In this document: one piece after another, positions 1 to 9,271 of the stretch
Numbering within the stretch: the stretch's first letter is position 1
How the letters are laid out: every line of letters starts with the position of its first letter
From: Bryobacterales bacterium
GTDB lineage: Bacteria; Acidobacteriota; Terriglobia; Bryobacterales; Bryobacteraceae
Length of the DNA: 64,000 nt
Direction of reading: 5' to 3'
NCBI GenBank assembly: GCA_038225555.1
Contig: JBBRRB010000020.1
Location: 10,966-74,965, forward strand
Translations under genes and position numbers: made by a program
The notes under the pieces: generated by a model
Databases searched by the model: none
What the model saw: the letters and a program-made list of their open reading frames with translations, nothing else
Told to the model about the DNA's origin: nothing

Positions 1-3000
1 CGTGAAAGTTGCAAGGCCGGTACCAAGCAACACGATGACGTTATTGCCGGACTGGTTTGCGAGGGCGAGATCGAGGATTCCATCACCGTTGAAGTCTCCA
101 ACCGTGATAGAGCTCCCGCCAACATTGGTGCCAAACGCAGACGTGAAGCTGCCGTCTCCGTTGCCCCGCAGGACCGTAACCGTTTGGGAGCCTGCAATGG
201 CCAGATCGAGTATTCCGTCGCCGTTGAAATCGCCGAGAGCAATCGCCGCCGGACTGATTCCCACGGCAAATGGACTGCTTGGAGCAAAGGTGAAGCCGCC
301 GGTTCCATTCCCAAGGAGCACGGTTACGGTGCCGGATGTGCCCCCATTGGTGACCGCCAAGTCGGCATTGCCGTCACCGTTGAAATCCCCGACTGCGATG
401 GCGGTAGGACTGGGTCCCGCCGACGCAGATTGCTCGTTAAATGAGAAACCACCCGCGCCGTCTCCCAAAAGCACAAACGCGTTGCCGCTTCCATCGACGA
501 CGGCGAGGTCGGCAAATCCGTCGCCATTGAAGTCGCCCGCAGCCATCAGAGTAGCCCCGAGGCTCGAAATCGGGCTGGCAGGTGCCGGGGTAAATCCGCC
601 GCTGCCATTGCCGAGCAAGAGAGTGATGTTGGTCTGGTTGAGAACCGCGAGATCCTGGATGCCGTCGCCGTTGAAGTCTGCCACCACGACGGTTGTGGGT
701 GCGGCACCCACGGCAAATGGACTGCCGGGAGCGGGCGCGAACCCGCCTGAGCCGTTGCCGAGCAGCACCGTCACGTTGTTGCTGCCGTTGTTAGCGATGG
801 CGAGGTCCGTTGCTCCGTCGCCATTGAAGTCGCCAACTGCGACTGAATCCGGCATGGTCCCGACCGAAGTATTCAGAGCTGGAGCGAAACCGCCCGCGGG
901 GAGCGCCCTGACGGTCTGCGATACGCTTGCCGAGGTGCTGGGGGCATGGCCGGCATCGCCAATATAAATTGCCCGCAGAGGCGCAGTTCCCGAGGGAAGA
1001 AGGCGCGTATTCAGGGTCGCCTGTGCGGATCCGTTGAGCGCGGATGTGCCCAGCACTGTGGTCCCAGAGAAAAACGTGACTTTTCCCGTCGTGCCGCTGG
1101 GTGTCACCGTGGCAGTCAGCGTAACCGGCTGGCTTAAATTGGACGGGTTCGGCGAAGCGGTGAGCGCCGTGGAGGTGGTCAGCCTGTTGGTATTGGTGAG
1201 CGCGAAGTTGATGGGATTGGCAATTGTAGCTGGAGCCGTTGCAACCACGTTATACGTGCCGGCCGCGTTCACTGCCGTGAAGGTGGGAGAAGTCGCCACC
1301 CCCGAAGCGTTCGTCGGTGCCGACGCGGTGTTGGTTCCGGTGGTCGTAAATCGAGCGCTCGGCCCGCTGTTGTTCGGAGCCGTGAACACGATGTTCACGC
1401 CTGGAACGGGATTCCCGCCTCCATCCCTGGCGATGAGAACTAGCGGATTGGCGAAGACGGTGTTGAGGGTAGCGCTTTGACCGCCTCCTGACACGGCGGT
1501 GATGGTAGCCGGCGGCCCGTTGGTGACATTTATGGTGAAGGGCGCGGCACCAGCCACTCCGGGCACGCTGGCATTGATGGTGAAAGTGCCAGTTGTGCTG
1601 CCAGTGGTAAACGCCGGTGCGGTGGCCACTCCGCTCGCGTTTGTGTTTACGGTGGCCGTAAGGCCGCCCCCGGCAAACGTGCCGCTTGAAGCAGGTGCCG
1701 TAAAGGTGACCGCCGCTCCGCTAACGGGACTATTTTGGCCATCGCGAACCGTGGCCTGCAGCGCGACGGGCAGCATCGTGCCAATTGGAACTGTCTGCGG
1801 AGTTCCTGCCGTGGCCGTAATGGACGCAGGCGCGGCGATATTCGTAAGATTAAATGCCCCGACGGTTCCGATTCCGGGAACGGTCGCATTCACGACGTAA
1901 GCTCCCGCCGACGAATTGGCCGTGAACACGGGAGCGGTCGCCACTCCGCTCGCATTGGTATTCGCCGTGGCGGTTAGCGATCCGCCCGGGAACGTTCCGC
2001 TGGCTCCCGAGGTAAAGGGTGCCGTGAAGGTGACCGTTACTCCTGGGATGGGCGCATTGCTGGAATCGCGGACCGTGACCTGCAGCTGAATGGGAAATGC
2101 CGTGCCCGTAAACGTCGATTGCGGGGTCCCTGCCGTCACAGTAAGAGTGGCTTGAGTGTTGAGTATTTTAGCGACGAACGCGTCACCGGCCGGGATCGCG
2201 CCGCCTCCTCCGCCACCATAGGTGGACTGAATCGGATTCACCAGCGGGAAGTTGTTCGAGTTGGTAAATCCCGTGACGTAGATATTCTTGTTTGCATCGA
2301 GCGCGAGTCCCAAGGCCCTTTGCTGCTGAGTACCGCCCAGCAGCGTCGAGAACGGCGTAGAATTTCCCGTGGGGGAGAGGATAGTGATAAAGGCGCTAAG
2401 AACACCCGAGGTAGATTGAATCGGGGCGGCCAAAGGAAGCGTCGATCCGGAAGTGCTGCCCGCCACGTAGGCGTTGCCCGACGCATCCACTTTGATCGCG
2501 TCTGCCTGATCATTCCCCAAATATGTGGAGTAAACCAAGCTGGTGCCGGAGGAATTCACCTTGGTCGCGAATCCCGCTTTAGAGGCGAAAGTCGATTGCA
2601 GGGGCTGCACTAAAGGAAAATTGTTGGAGGTGGTGGATCCCGCGACATAGGCATTACCGGAGCCGTCAATGGCGACGGCTATGCCATCGTCAGCTCCGGA
2701 TCCACCAATATAGGTCGAGTAAACAAGACCGGTGCCCGTCGGGTTCACTTTCGCGAGGAACGCGTCTGAAGCTCCGCCTCCATAGAACGATTGAATCGGG
2801 CTGCCTTGAGGGAAGTCGTTGGAAGAGGTCTGCCCGCTCACGTAGGCATTCTGGTTGGCATCGACGGCAATTCCTTCAGCCGAATCCGAAGCGGACCCGC
2901 CAATCTTGAGCGAGTAGGTTATGCTAGATGCCGTACTTGCGATCTTGGTGACGAAGGCGTCTCCATTGCCGCTGGTATCACTGATTATGCTCGTGAACGG

Positions 3001-4245
3001 GAAATCGGGCGACGTCGTCGACCCTGCGATGTAAATGTTCCCCTGAGTGTCTAACGCAATCGCGTTTCCTGAATCCGATTGGCTCCCGCCGAGAAAGCTG
3101 GCGGTGACTAGCGCCCCGGTCGAAGTCAAGATCGCGACGAAAGCGTTGCTTGTCCCGAGCAGCGAGCTTTGGATGCTAGTAAGTGGACCCGTATGTGGAA
3201 AATTCGCGGAGCTGGTTGCGCCCGTGATAAAGGCTTGGCCGTTTGTGTCGACGGCGATGGCGTTGCCTCGATCCGCACTGCTCCCGCCCAGATAAGTCGA
3301 GTAAACCAAGGCGGACCCCGCCGCATTGATCTTGCTTACGAATGCATCCACCCCGCCTGCATTGCTGCTTTGAAGCGCATTGACAGTTGGAAAATTGGGT
3401 GAATTGGTGTAACCGACTACGTAGGCGTTGCCGGCCGTATCCACCGCGATGCCGGTGCCGATATCGTCTCCGCTTCCGCCGAGATAAGTGGAATACGACA
3501 AAATAGGATCGATCACCAGCGTGTTGGAAGGGTCGTAGTTCTCGATTTCAAAGCCGACTTCCGACTGGCCCTTTAGCGTGTATCGCCCTGCTACCTTTTT
3601 TTGTCCTTGCAACGTCCGCTCATACACCACCGGCGCATGCGCGGTGAGAGTTCCGCCCTGAACATCCAGCAGGAGGCTTCCATCCGCTGCGACGTGGAGC
3701 GCCTTGGCACCCGCCATTCGCATCCGAATCTGCCGCGGATCGCCGCCCGGTGATACTACGAAATCGTACTCGAGATTGCGCTGATTGCCGTAGTACACCA
3801 AATCGATTCCGGGCCAGACGCCGTTGTATTGGACCTTGCCGAAATTGGCCACATTGCGCTGCCAACGGGAAGGATCGTTTCCGATTAGATAATTGCTGAC
3901 TGCTGTCTGCCGATCAACCCCTCGAATTTCCGGTTGTGTGTTCGCTCCCACGAACTGCATCCGAACGACAGCTTGCCGTTCCTTGCGATGCAGACTCAGC
4001 ACCGCCTCGCTGCGCGTGAGAAACAGATTGTAGCCGTCGCCCCTCGAAAGATATTCCACCCGGGGATCGGACTGGCCCGCGTTCTTCTCAAATGCAAGCG
4101 GCATTCGCCCGTAGCCCGCGACTTGTTGGGCAGCCGTTCTTGGCTGCGGGGGGCTTTCCAGCCGGCCCTTTGCCTGCGGCTCGGACGTGCACCAGAACAA
4201 AATTCCGGCCAGACCAACGCAAGAAAGTAGAATTCGTTGATTCAT
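1..4245 (-). CDS. Giant secreted repeat protein, 3-prime partial (runs off the left edge). Architecture: signal peptide, N-terminal domain, SBBP-type beta-propeller repeats, Ig-like repeats, six FG-GAP/VCBS repeats.
   Basis: ATG at 4245-4243 (MNQRILLSCVGLAGILFW...). My manual reverse translation stays open for 1415 codons to position 1. No minus-strand track ORF lies in this phase, as expected for an ORF with no stop in the window. Motifs seen: YSTYLGGSGDDIGTGIAVDTAGNAYV-type repeats (about 2.1-3.5 kb); VTFTAP..SG.F.GG.LTAT.NTNASGVATAP.FTA repeated three times plus one further Ig-like module (about 1.0-2.1 kb); GDFNGDG six times (0.07-0.85 kb). Spot-checked in frame at 1861-1920 and 3421-3480. 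Confidence 0.85.
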   Translation of the reverse strand, partial: MNQRILLSCVGLAGILFWCTSEPQAKGRLESPPQPRTAAQQVAGYGRMPLAFEKNAGQSDPRVEYLSRGDGYNLFLTRSEAVLSLHRKERQAVVRMQFVGANTQPEIRGVDRQTAVSNYLIGNDPSRWQRNVANFGKVQYNGVWPGIDLVYYGNQRNLEYDFVVSPGGDPRQIRMRMAGAKALHVAADGSLLLDVQGGTLTAHAPVVYERTLQGQKKVAGRYTLKGQSEVGFEIENYDPSNTLVIDPILSYSTYLGGSGDDIGTGIAVDTAGNAYVVGYTNSPNFPTVNALQSSNAGGVDAFVSKINAAGSALVYSTYLGGSSADRGNAIAVDTNGQAFITGATSSANFPHTGPLTSIQSSLLGTSNAFVAILTSTGALVTASFLGGSQSDSGNAIALDTQGNIYIAGSTTSPDFPFTSIISDTSGNGDAFVTKIASTASSITYSLKIGGSASDSAEGIAVDANQNAYVSGQTSSNDFPQGSPIQSFYGGGASDAFLAKVNPTGTGLVYSTYIGGSGADDGIAVAIDGSGNAYVAGSTTSNNFPLVQPLQSTFASKAGFATKVNSSGTSLVYSTYLGNDQADAIKVDASGNAYVAGSTSGSTLPLAAPIQSTSGVLSAFITILSPTGNSTPFSTLLGGTQQQRALGLALDANKNIYVTGFTNSNNFPLVNPIQSTYGGGGGGAIPAGDAFVAKILNTQATLTVTAGTPQSTFTGTAFPIQLQVTVRDSSNAPIPGVTVTFTAPFTSGASGTFPGGSLTATANTNASGVATAPVFTANSSAGAYVVNATVPGIGTVGAFNLTNIAAPASITATAGTPQTVPIGTMLPVALQATVRDGQNSPVSGAAVTFTAPASSGTFAGGGLTATVNTNASGVATAPAFTTGSTTGTFTINASVPGVAGAAPFTINVTNGPPATITAVSGGGQSATLNTVFANPLVLIARDGGGNPVPGVNIVFTAPNNSGPSARFTTTGTNTASAPTNASGVATSPTFTAVNAAGTYNVVATAPATIANPINFALTNTNRLTTSTALTASPNPSNLSQPVTLTATVTPSGTTGKVTFFSGTTVLGTSALNGSAQATLNTRLLPSGTAPLRAIYIGDAGHAPSTSASVSQTVRALPAGGFAPALNTSVGTMPDSVAVGDFNGDGATDLAIANNGSNNVTVLLGNGSGGFAPAPGSPFAVGAAPTTVVVADFNGDGIQDLAVLNQTNITLLLGNGSGGFTPAPASPISSLGATLMAAGDFNGDGFADLAVVDGSGNAFVLLGDGAGGFSFNEQSASAGPSPTAIAVGDFNGDGNADLAVTNGGTSGTVTVLLGNGTGGFTFAPSSPFAVGISPAAIALGDFNGDGILDLAIAGSQTVTVLRGNGDGSFTSAFGTNVGGSSITVGDFNGDGILDLALANQSGNNVIVLLGTGLATFT

Positions 4246-5816
4246 TTGGTTCCCTTCGCGGCAACGGTTTGCGGCTCGCGCAAGATTCTGCGGCACTCCG
4301 CGGCGTACTGAGGTTCGATATTCAGCCGAAGAGCCTCGGATAAATGGGCTGAGGCTTCCGCCGGTTTGTTCTCTCGGAGCTGGACCAGCGCCAGCGCATA
4401 GTGAGCGTCCGCGAACCCGGGTCTGCGGTCGATCGCCTGGGCGAACAGCACCTCGGACCCGCTCACATCCCCGCGCGCGAATTGAGCTTTGCCTAAGTTG
4501 TAATAACCTTCGGCGAGGTTTGGATTGATGCGCACGGACTCGGCGTAGTGCTTGATCGCGTCATCGCTCTTGCCGCTTTCTTCCAGCGCTTGGGCGAGAT
4601 TGTAGTGCGCCAGATAATTGTCGTTGGTCACAGCCAGCGCATGCTCGTAGAGCGTGAAGCTGTTTCGCCAGAATTGAACCTGCGCCCGCGAACTCCAGGC
4701 CAGCGTCGAGACAATCAGGAGCGCGGCCGCAGCCAGGGCGGTTGGATGAATCCGGCTCGACAACTCAGCGAAACCGCAGGCCACGATCACCGCTCCGCCG
4801 ATGGCAGCCAAGTGAGTAAATCTGTCGGCAAACGCCTGCTGCCCCGACTGCACGAAGCCCATCATCGGTAGCGGTACGATGAGAAACCAAAGCCAGCCAA
4901 ACGCAAGGTAACGCCGCTCTTTCCGTTGACCGAACACGAGCCAAGTGATCCCGGACAGTACGATCAAAGCGCCCAGCACGCGCCAGCCGGCGATATCCGT
5001 TCGATAGGGATAAAAGATCGCCAGCCTGTCAGGCCAGATGGTCTTGCGAAGGTACATCGAATACGCAGTGAAAGCGTTCTCGATGCGAAGGAGAATCGCA
5101 ACCTGTGCGATGCTTCCGGCTTTCGACTGGCCCCAGAACGTGACCGCGCTCGAGAGAGACGCCATCGCAAACAGCGGGACTTTCTCCTTCAATAACCCCA
5201 GGCCCAAGCTGCGTCCGAGCGGCCAGAAGTCGAGTAGCAGGAGCATCAGCGGAAGCACCACCAGAGACGGCTTGCACATCAATCCCAGCAGCATCAGTCC
5301 GCAGACGACAAAGTACCTCGATCGAGAAGGCATTTTTGCGTAGCGGATGTAAGCCAGCATGGTTAAGAGGCAGAACGATGCGCTGAGAACATCTTTGCGC
5401 TCGGCCACCCAGGCAACCGATTCAACCCGCAAAGGGTGCAGTGCGAAGACGGCCGCGCCGAGCGCGCCAGGCCACATGGTCAATTTGAACGCACGCAGCA
5501 CGCAGTAGAGCAGAATCGTATTGAGAACGTGCAAGCCTACGTTCGTGGCATGGTGTCCGCCTGCATTGAGTCCATAAAATTGAACGTCCAGCATGTGCGA
5601 GAGCCAGGTGAGCGGCTGCCAATAGATGTAGTCGGTGGTCAGAAAAGCCCACTTGATTCCGCTCCAGGTCAGGCCCGAGGTCACATGCGGGTTTCCATAC
5701 ACGTATGACAAGTCGTCGAAGTTGATGAACGAGTATTGCGTTACGCGAGCATAAACGAACGCAACCGTGACGGCGAGGAGCAGGCAAATCGCCGCCTCAG
5801 TAGTTCTCCGCTTCAT
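4242..5816 (-). CDS. TMTC/PMT_2-like GT-C membrane glycosyltransferase fused to C-terminal TPR repeats (DUF1736-type architecture)
   Basis: Multi-TM N-terminal half with the loop-1 motif YSFINFDDLSYVYGNPHVTSGL...WQPLTWLSHMLD..FGLNAGGHHATNVGLH. C-terminal TPR-like repeats (AHYNLAQALEESGKSDDAIKHYAESVRINPNLAEGYYNLGKA...). ATG 5816 forms an ATGA overlap with the upstream stop, and its own stop forms an ATGA overlap with the giant gene at 4242-4245. The maximal ORF extends to 5864. Confidence 0.8.
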   Translation of the reverse strand: MKRRTTEAAICLLLAVTVAFVYARVTQYSFINFDDLSYVYGNPHVTSGLTWSGIKWAFLTTDYIYWQPLTWLSHMLDVQFYGLNAGGHHATNVGLHVLNTILLYCVLRAFKLTMWPGALGAAVFALHPLRVESVAWVAERKDVLSASFCLLTMLAYIRYAKMPSRSRYFVVCGLMLLGLMCKPSLVVLPLMLLLLDFWPLGRSLGLGLLKEKVPLFAMASLSSAVTFWGQSKAGSIAQVAILLRIENAFTAYSMYLRKTIWPDRLAIFYPYRTDIAGWRVLGALIVLSGITWLVFGQRKERRYLAFGWLWFLIVPLPMMGFVQSGQQAFADRFTHLAAIGGAVIVACGFAELSSRIHPTALAAAALLIVSTLAWSSRAQVQFWRNSFTLYEHALAVTNDNYLAHYNLAQALEESGKSDDAIKHYAESVRINPNLAEGYYNLGKAQFARGDVSGSEVLFAQAIDRRPGFADAHYALALVQLRENKPAEASAHLSEALRLNIEPQYAAECRRILREPQTVAAKGTK

Positions 5817-6811
5817 TTTCCTGTGACCTGCCAAACGCGCGGGACTGCCGAGTCGGGAGCCCACATGCCTGTCGCGCTTCCATCCTGCGAGCTAACGAGG
5901 TACACGGAGCGTCCGGTGAGGCGCAGCAGACTGGAAGGCGGGAACGGGCAGTCCTGAGCACTCACGGCACCCGAAGCTAAATCGATGGAGAAGAGGCTGT
6001 TCGCGTCGGCAACCCAGACCCGCTTCTGATCCGCGGAGAGTTCCAGATCGGTTGGAGCGGCAAACCCTTGCGCGCTGCCGCCCAAAATACGCGTACCAGG
6101 CTGGTCGCCAACGCTGGAGAGCAGAGCAACCTGCTGCCAGCCCGCATCGGCGATCACCGCGTCCTGCCTACCTGTTATGAACCGCGCGGCCGAGGGGACG
6201 CCAGCGCTCATTTGCTGCTTTGCCGCACCTTGTCCGGGGAACAGCCAGACCGCTCCGCTGGTTCCATCCGAGATGCCCGCCAGAACGCTTTGACCATCGT
6301 CGCTGACTGCCAGACTCGTGACCGGCGTGGACCCGAGCGTACTCAGATCGATCAGCCTCGCCAACTGCGGCGACAACGGCAGGCCAGTGATCACCTGCAC
6401 CTGCGCCAAGGCGACTGAGTAGATCGCTGCCACGGTTCCAGAGGGGCTGAAGACGATTCGATCGGCGTGCGCGAAAGTTCCCGCCATCGGCACCAGGTCG
6501 CCCGCGCTCGTGACGCTGAGGGGTGCCAGAAACATCTGGGCGGCTTGGCTGCGTTCCATGATCGCGTACGCCTGACCGGGGACCACCGTCGCCGACGTCA
6601 CGCCATCCGGCAAGCTAACGGGATCGCCCAAAACAACCGCGCCTGGAGCCCCGAGGATCGAACGAATGCTGGCCGGAGATGTCGACGCGACATAACCAAG
6701 AACGGGGATCCGAACGTTGGTCGACGCAGGCGCGGACAGCGCTGGCCTGGACTGTCCCGATGCGTTTCCAATCAGGGTCAAAAAAACAAGAATAGAGCGG
6801 CCATTTTTCAT
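5813..6811 (-). CDS. Secreted hypothetical protein (beta-rich, possibly propeller-like)
   Basis: ATG 6811 with a GGGGGAG Shine-Dalgarno 7 nt upstream. Signal-like MKNGRSILVFLTLIGNASG. Stop overlaps the next start (ATGA at 5813-5816). No family recognised. Confidence 0.6.
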   Translation of the reverse strand: MKNGRSILVFLTLIGNASGQSRPALSAPASTNVRIPVLGYVASTSPASIRSILGAPGAVVLGDPVSLPDGVTSATVVPGQAYAIMERSQAAQMFLAPLSVTSAGDLVPMAGTFAHADRIVFSPSGTVAAIYSVALAQVQVITGLPLSPQLARLIDLSTLGSTPVTSLAVSDDGQSVLAGISDGTSGAVWLFPGQGAAKQQMSAGVPSAARFITGRQDAVIADAGWQQVALLSSVGDQPGTRILGGSAQGFAAPTDLELSADQKRVWVADANSLFSIDLASGAVSAQDCPFPPSSLLRLTGRSVYLVSSQDGSATGMWAPDSAVPRVWQVTGK

Positions 6812-6824
6812 AAATCGACTCCCC

Positions 6825-7415
6825 CTACGGTAAACGCGGCGTCCCCACCGACACTGTGGCGTGCTTGCCGCCTCCGCCCAGAACCTTCACTAAGACCACG
6901 GCTACGACCACGGCGGCCGCTCCAGCCCCAATTGCGATCCCGGTGCCTAGCCCAATCCCGGCAGCAGTTCCGCCGGCGACCGCGGCACCAACGATATTCG
7001 TTTGGGTGATTACTCTAGCGGCTGTAAGCCCCTGGAAGGTCGCGTTCACCTGGATCTGGAATTTGCCCTTCTTGCTGAGCTTGACTCCTTGCATGGTGGC
7101 GCGGCCACTCGCGTCCGTGTTCACGGAAAGAGTTTTCGCCCCGTTCAGGAAAACGCCCCCCGGTCCGTTGCTCGGCAAGGTAAACAGCACCGCCGCTCCG
7201 GCGACTGGCTTATGGTTTTCATCCTGTACCTCCACGATCGTCTCTCTGGAAGTGCGCTGCCGGACGTTGTTCAGGGCGTTATCGCCTTCGATGATTTCGA
7301 TAAATAGCTTGGGAGCCAGCGCGGCTTGTTGAGCACCCCGAGCGCACAACACGACGGGTCCATCGATCAGGAACAGAGGCAGTATCCCGCATAAGATGTG
7401 ATTAACGATCTTCAA
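6825..7415 (-). CDS. Membrane-anchored hypothetical protein: Ig/carboxypeptidase-regulatory-like beta-sandwich plus a C-terminal Gly/Ala zipper
   Basis: TTG start with an AGGAG SD 7 nt upstream. N-terminal hydrophobic segment. Central segment TIVEVQDENHKPVAGAAVLFTLP...TDASGRATMQGVKL. C-terminal IVGAAVAGGTAAGIGLGTGIAIGAGAAAVVVAVVLV. First gene of the 7415->1 operon. Confidence 0.6.
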   Translation of the reverse strand: MKIVNHILCGILPLFLIDGPVVLCARGAQQAALAPKLFIEIIEGDNALNNVRQRTSRETIVEVQDENHKPVAGAAVLFTLPSNGPGGVFLNGAKTLSVNTDASGRATMQGVKLSKKGKFQIQVNATFQGLTAARVITQTNIVGAAVAGGTAAGIGLGTGIAIGAGAAAVVVAVVLVKVLGGGGKHATVSVGTPRLP

Positions 7416-7591
7416 TTCTCGGCTCCTGAAGCGTCGAGCGCCGTCGGTGGATTAGTCGCAATGGTAAGGTGTATTGCCATCGGGAGTCAAGGCCCATGCG
7501 TTACCTGCGCCTAGGTCGAATGGCCCGTTGTTAGTAAGTGTAGCGGCGAATGGAATCGTTTCGAGGGCTCGACGATTTAGGGGTTAGGCCC

Positions 7592-7634
7592 AAAAAAACT
7601 CGGATGCCCAGAGTATCCTGGTCATCCGAGTTTT
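7592..7634 (-). terminator. Rho-independent terminator downstream of the 7665..8834 gene
   Basis: Inverted repeat actcggatg (7598-7606) / catccgagt (7623-7631). Read on the minus strand it is followed by a run of 7 T (A-run 7592-7598 on plus). It lies 30 nt after the stop codon at 7665. Confidence 0.6.
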
Positions 7635-7664
7635 AAACACCCCTAAATGCTTGTTGTTCTTAAG

Positions 7665-8834
7665 TTATTGCTTCTCGGCGGCAAGCCCGCCCAAACGGCA
7701 GGACTTGCAAATACCGAAACCACTGCCAGTGATCTGGATGAAGCCGCACAATTGGGTGACCCGGGTCAGTTCGGCCGCGCTTATAGTCGCTTGGCTAAAA
7801 GGCGTTTCGGTCATGCCAAAGCTGCCAGCGGCCCCGGGTGCGGCGTGGATGGTAGTACCCCACGCGAGCAAACCGCTAGCCAGAGTATTAGTAACTGGCG
7901 TAGAGGCGATCAGCTTAACGACGACGGATGTCGGCCTGCCGGGAGTCAGGGTGTTGCTGATCAAATCGGAATCAACGGAGAGCGAGGCCAACCCATCGGG
8001 AGTGACGGGGCATACGCAGCAGGACACCAATTGCTCGTCAGGAGAAAACGCATATGCATTTACGCATAAATTGCCGTTTTGCGTGCCATTCTGCTGAAAC
8101 GCAACAGTGGAGCTAGCGCCGCTATTGGAGATGTTAATCAACGATCCGCCGGGGACGTTTAAGTTCGAAAAATACCGGACCTGGAAGACGTCAGGAGATA
8201 CTGCTTGCGCACCACCCGGAGGGAAGGCCAGCGTCGAGGCATTGCAACCGACGATCACGGGTGGTGGCGGCGGTGGTGGAGGCGGCGGGGGCGCAGCGGT
8301 GTAATCGTAGGTTACAGTGACGGAACCGGCGGAAGTAGCAACCCCACCTTGAGTAACTTGCGAAGACACGTTCACGTTGAAAGGTGCTGCGAAGTTAGCT
8401 GTCGAAACGCCAGCGGTTGCCGTAGCGGTGCCCGTCCCAGGCGCTCCCGAAGACACGCCACCTGTAACCGTTGTATTCGCGGTCGCAGGCGTAAATGTTA
8501 CACCAGCAGGCCCAGCAGGCGTAAAACTCACTTGCACCGTGTTCGTACCACCCATTGTGCCGAACTGATAGTCAGAAGTGTAACTCAGGGTAACGCTGTT
8601 CAGCGTTGCGCCCGCAGGTCCCGAAAAGGCCGGACACGTGACGGGTGTAGGGCCACCCGCGCCGTTGTTGAAAGTCACCGGGAATGGGGTGCAATTCGTG
8701 GGGCCCACTGTTACGGCACCCAATGTAGTGCTGAGTAACAGTAAGGAAGATGACGCGAGAAGCAGTCTCTTCGGAGACACTAGAGCCGGAAAGGCGTTTG
8801 GATGAGTTAAGCTCTGACTGAACAGCGAGCGCAT
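7665..8834 (-). CDS. Secreted hypothetical protein: Thr/Gly/Val-rich N-domain, 12-proline linker, Cys-containing C-domain
   Basis: ATG 8834 and signal-like KRLLLASSSLLLLSTTLGA. PPPPPPPPPPPP is encoded at about 8255-8290. The C-terminal half has 8 Cys, including VSCCVCP and GICKSCR. No family recognised. Confidence 0.65.
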   Translation of the reverse strand: MRSLFSQSLTHPNAFPALVSPKRLLLASSSLLLLSTTLGAVTVGPTNCTPFPVTFNNGAGGPTPVTCPAFSGPAGATLNSVTLSYTSDYQFGTMGGTNTVQVSFTPAGPAGVTFTPATANTTVTGGVSSGAPGTGTATATAGVSTANFAAPFNVNVSSQVTQGGVATSAGSVTVTYDYTAAPPPPPPPPPPPVIVGCNASTLAFPPGGAQAVSPDVFQVRYFSNLNVPGGSLINISNSGASSTVAFQQNGTQNGNLCVNAYAFSPDEQLVSCCVCPVTPDGLASLSVDSDLISNTLTPGRPTSVVVKLIASTPVTNTLASGLLAWGTTIHAAPGAAGSFGMTETPFSQATISAAELTRVTQLCGFIQITGSGFGICKSCRLGGLAAEKQ

Positions 8835-9271
8835 TAAGATGTAAATCTCCTGGTGTATACACTATCACGGCTGGGGATCTATGCACTACAGGAAAAACGG
8901 CGTAGCTAAAACGCCTAGTCCGCAGAGGTTAGTAAGTACAGGATTTAGGATTAGGACTGATTCAGGACGAGTTCCTGCAACGCAGACTAGAAACAGTCCG
9001 GGGACTCAACCACTCGGATAGCTCGATGTTGCGATCCTGGCCGTGGTGTAGAAAAACTAAGACGACGGGAGCTGCGGCTGCATCTTGGGTGCGGGCCACG
9101 ATACCAGGCCTCGCAAGCTCGCAGCGCGTTTTGTTTCGGTTGTGCCGATGATTCCCGGGATCCTGAGCTGGTGTGCGGCATCGCTTGGTCGGCACCACTT
9201 CCGCGAGTAAGCGTGTTGGCGATCCTCCAATCAGTGCTGCTGGTGATAAGATCTTTGCAGTTGATATTCCC

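Noticed and set aside
2-1900. Plus-strand ORFs 2..967 (321 aa), 1034..1480 and 1499..1900
   Set aside because: They are antisense shadows of the giant minus-strand gene. Their Pro/Ser/Ala-rich repeats (IPSPLKSP) are GDFNGDG read backwards, whereas the minus frame gives coherent known repeat families.
8255-8290. G/C-only tract as a possible non-coding simple repeat or phase-variation switch
   Set aside because: It is in frame and encodes the 12-Pro linker of a continuous ORF. Slippage remains possible but nothing in a single sequence shows it.
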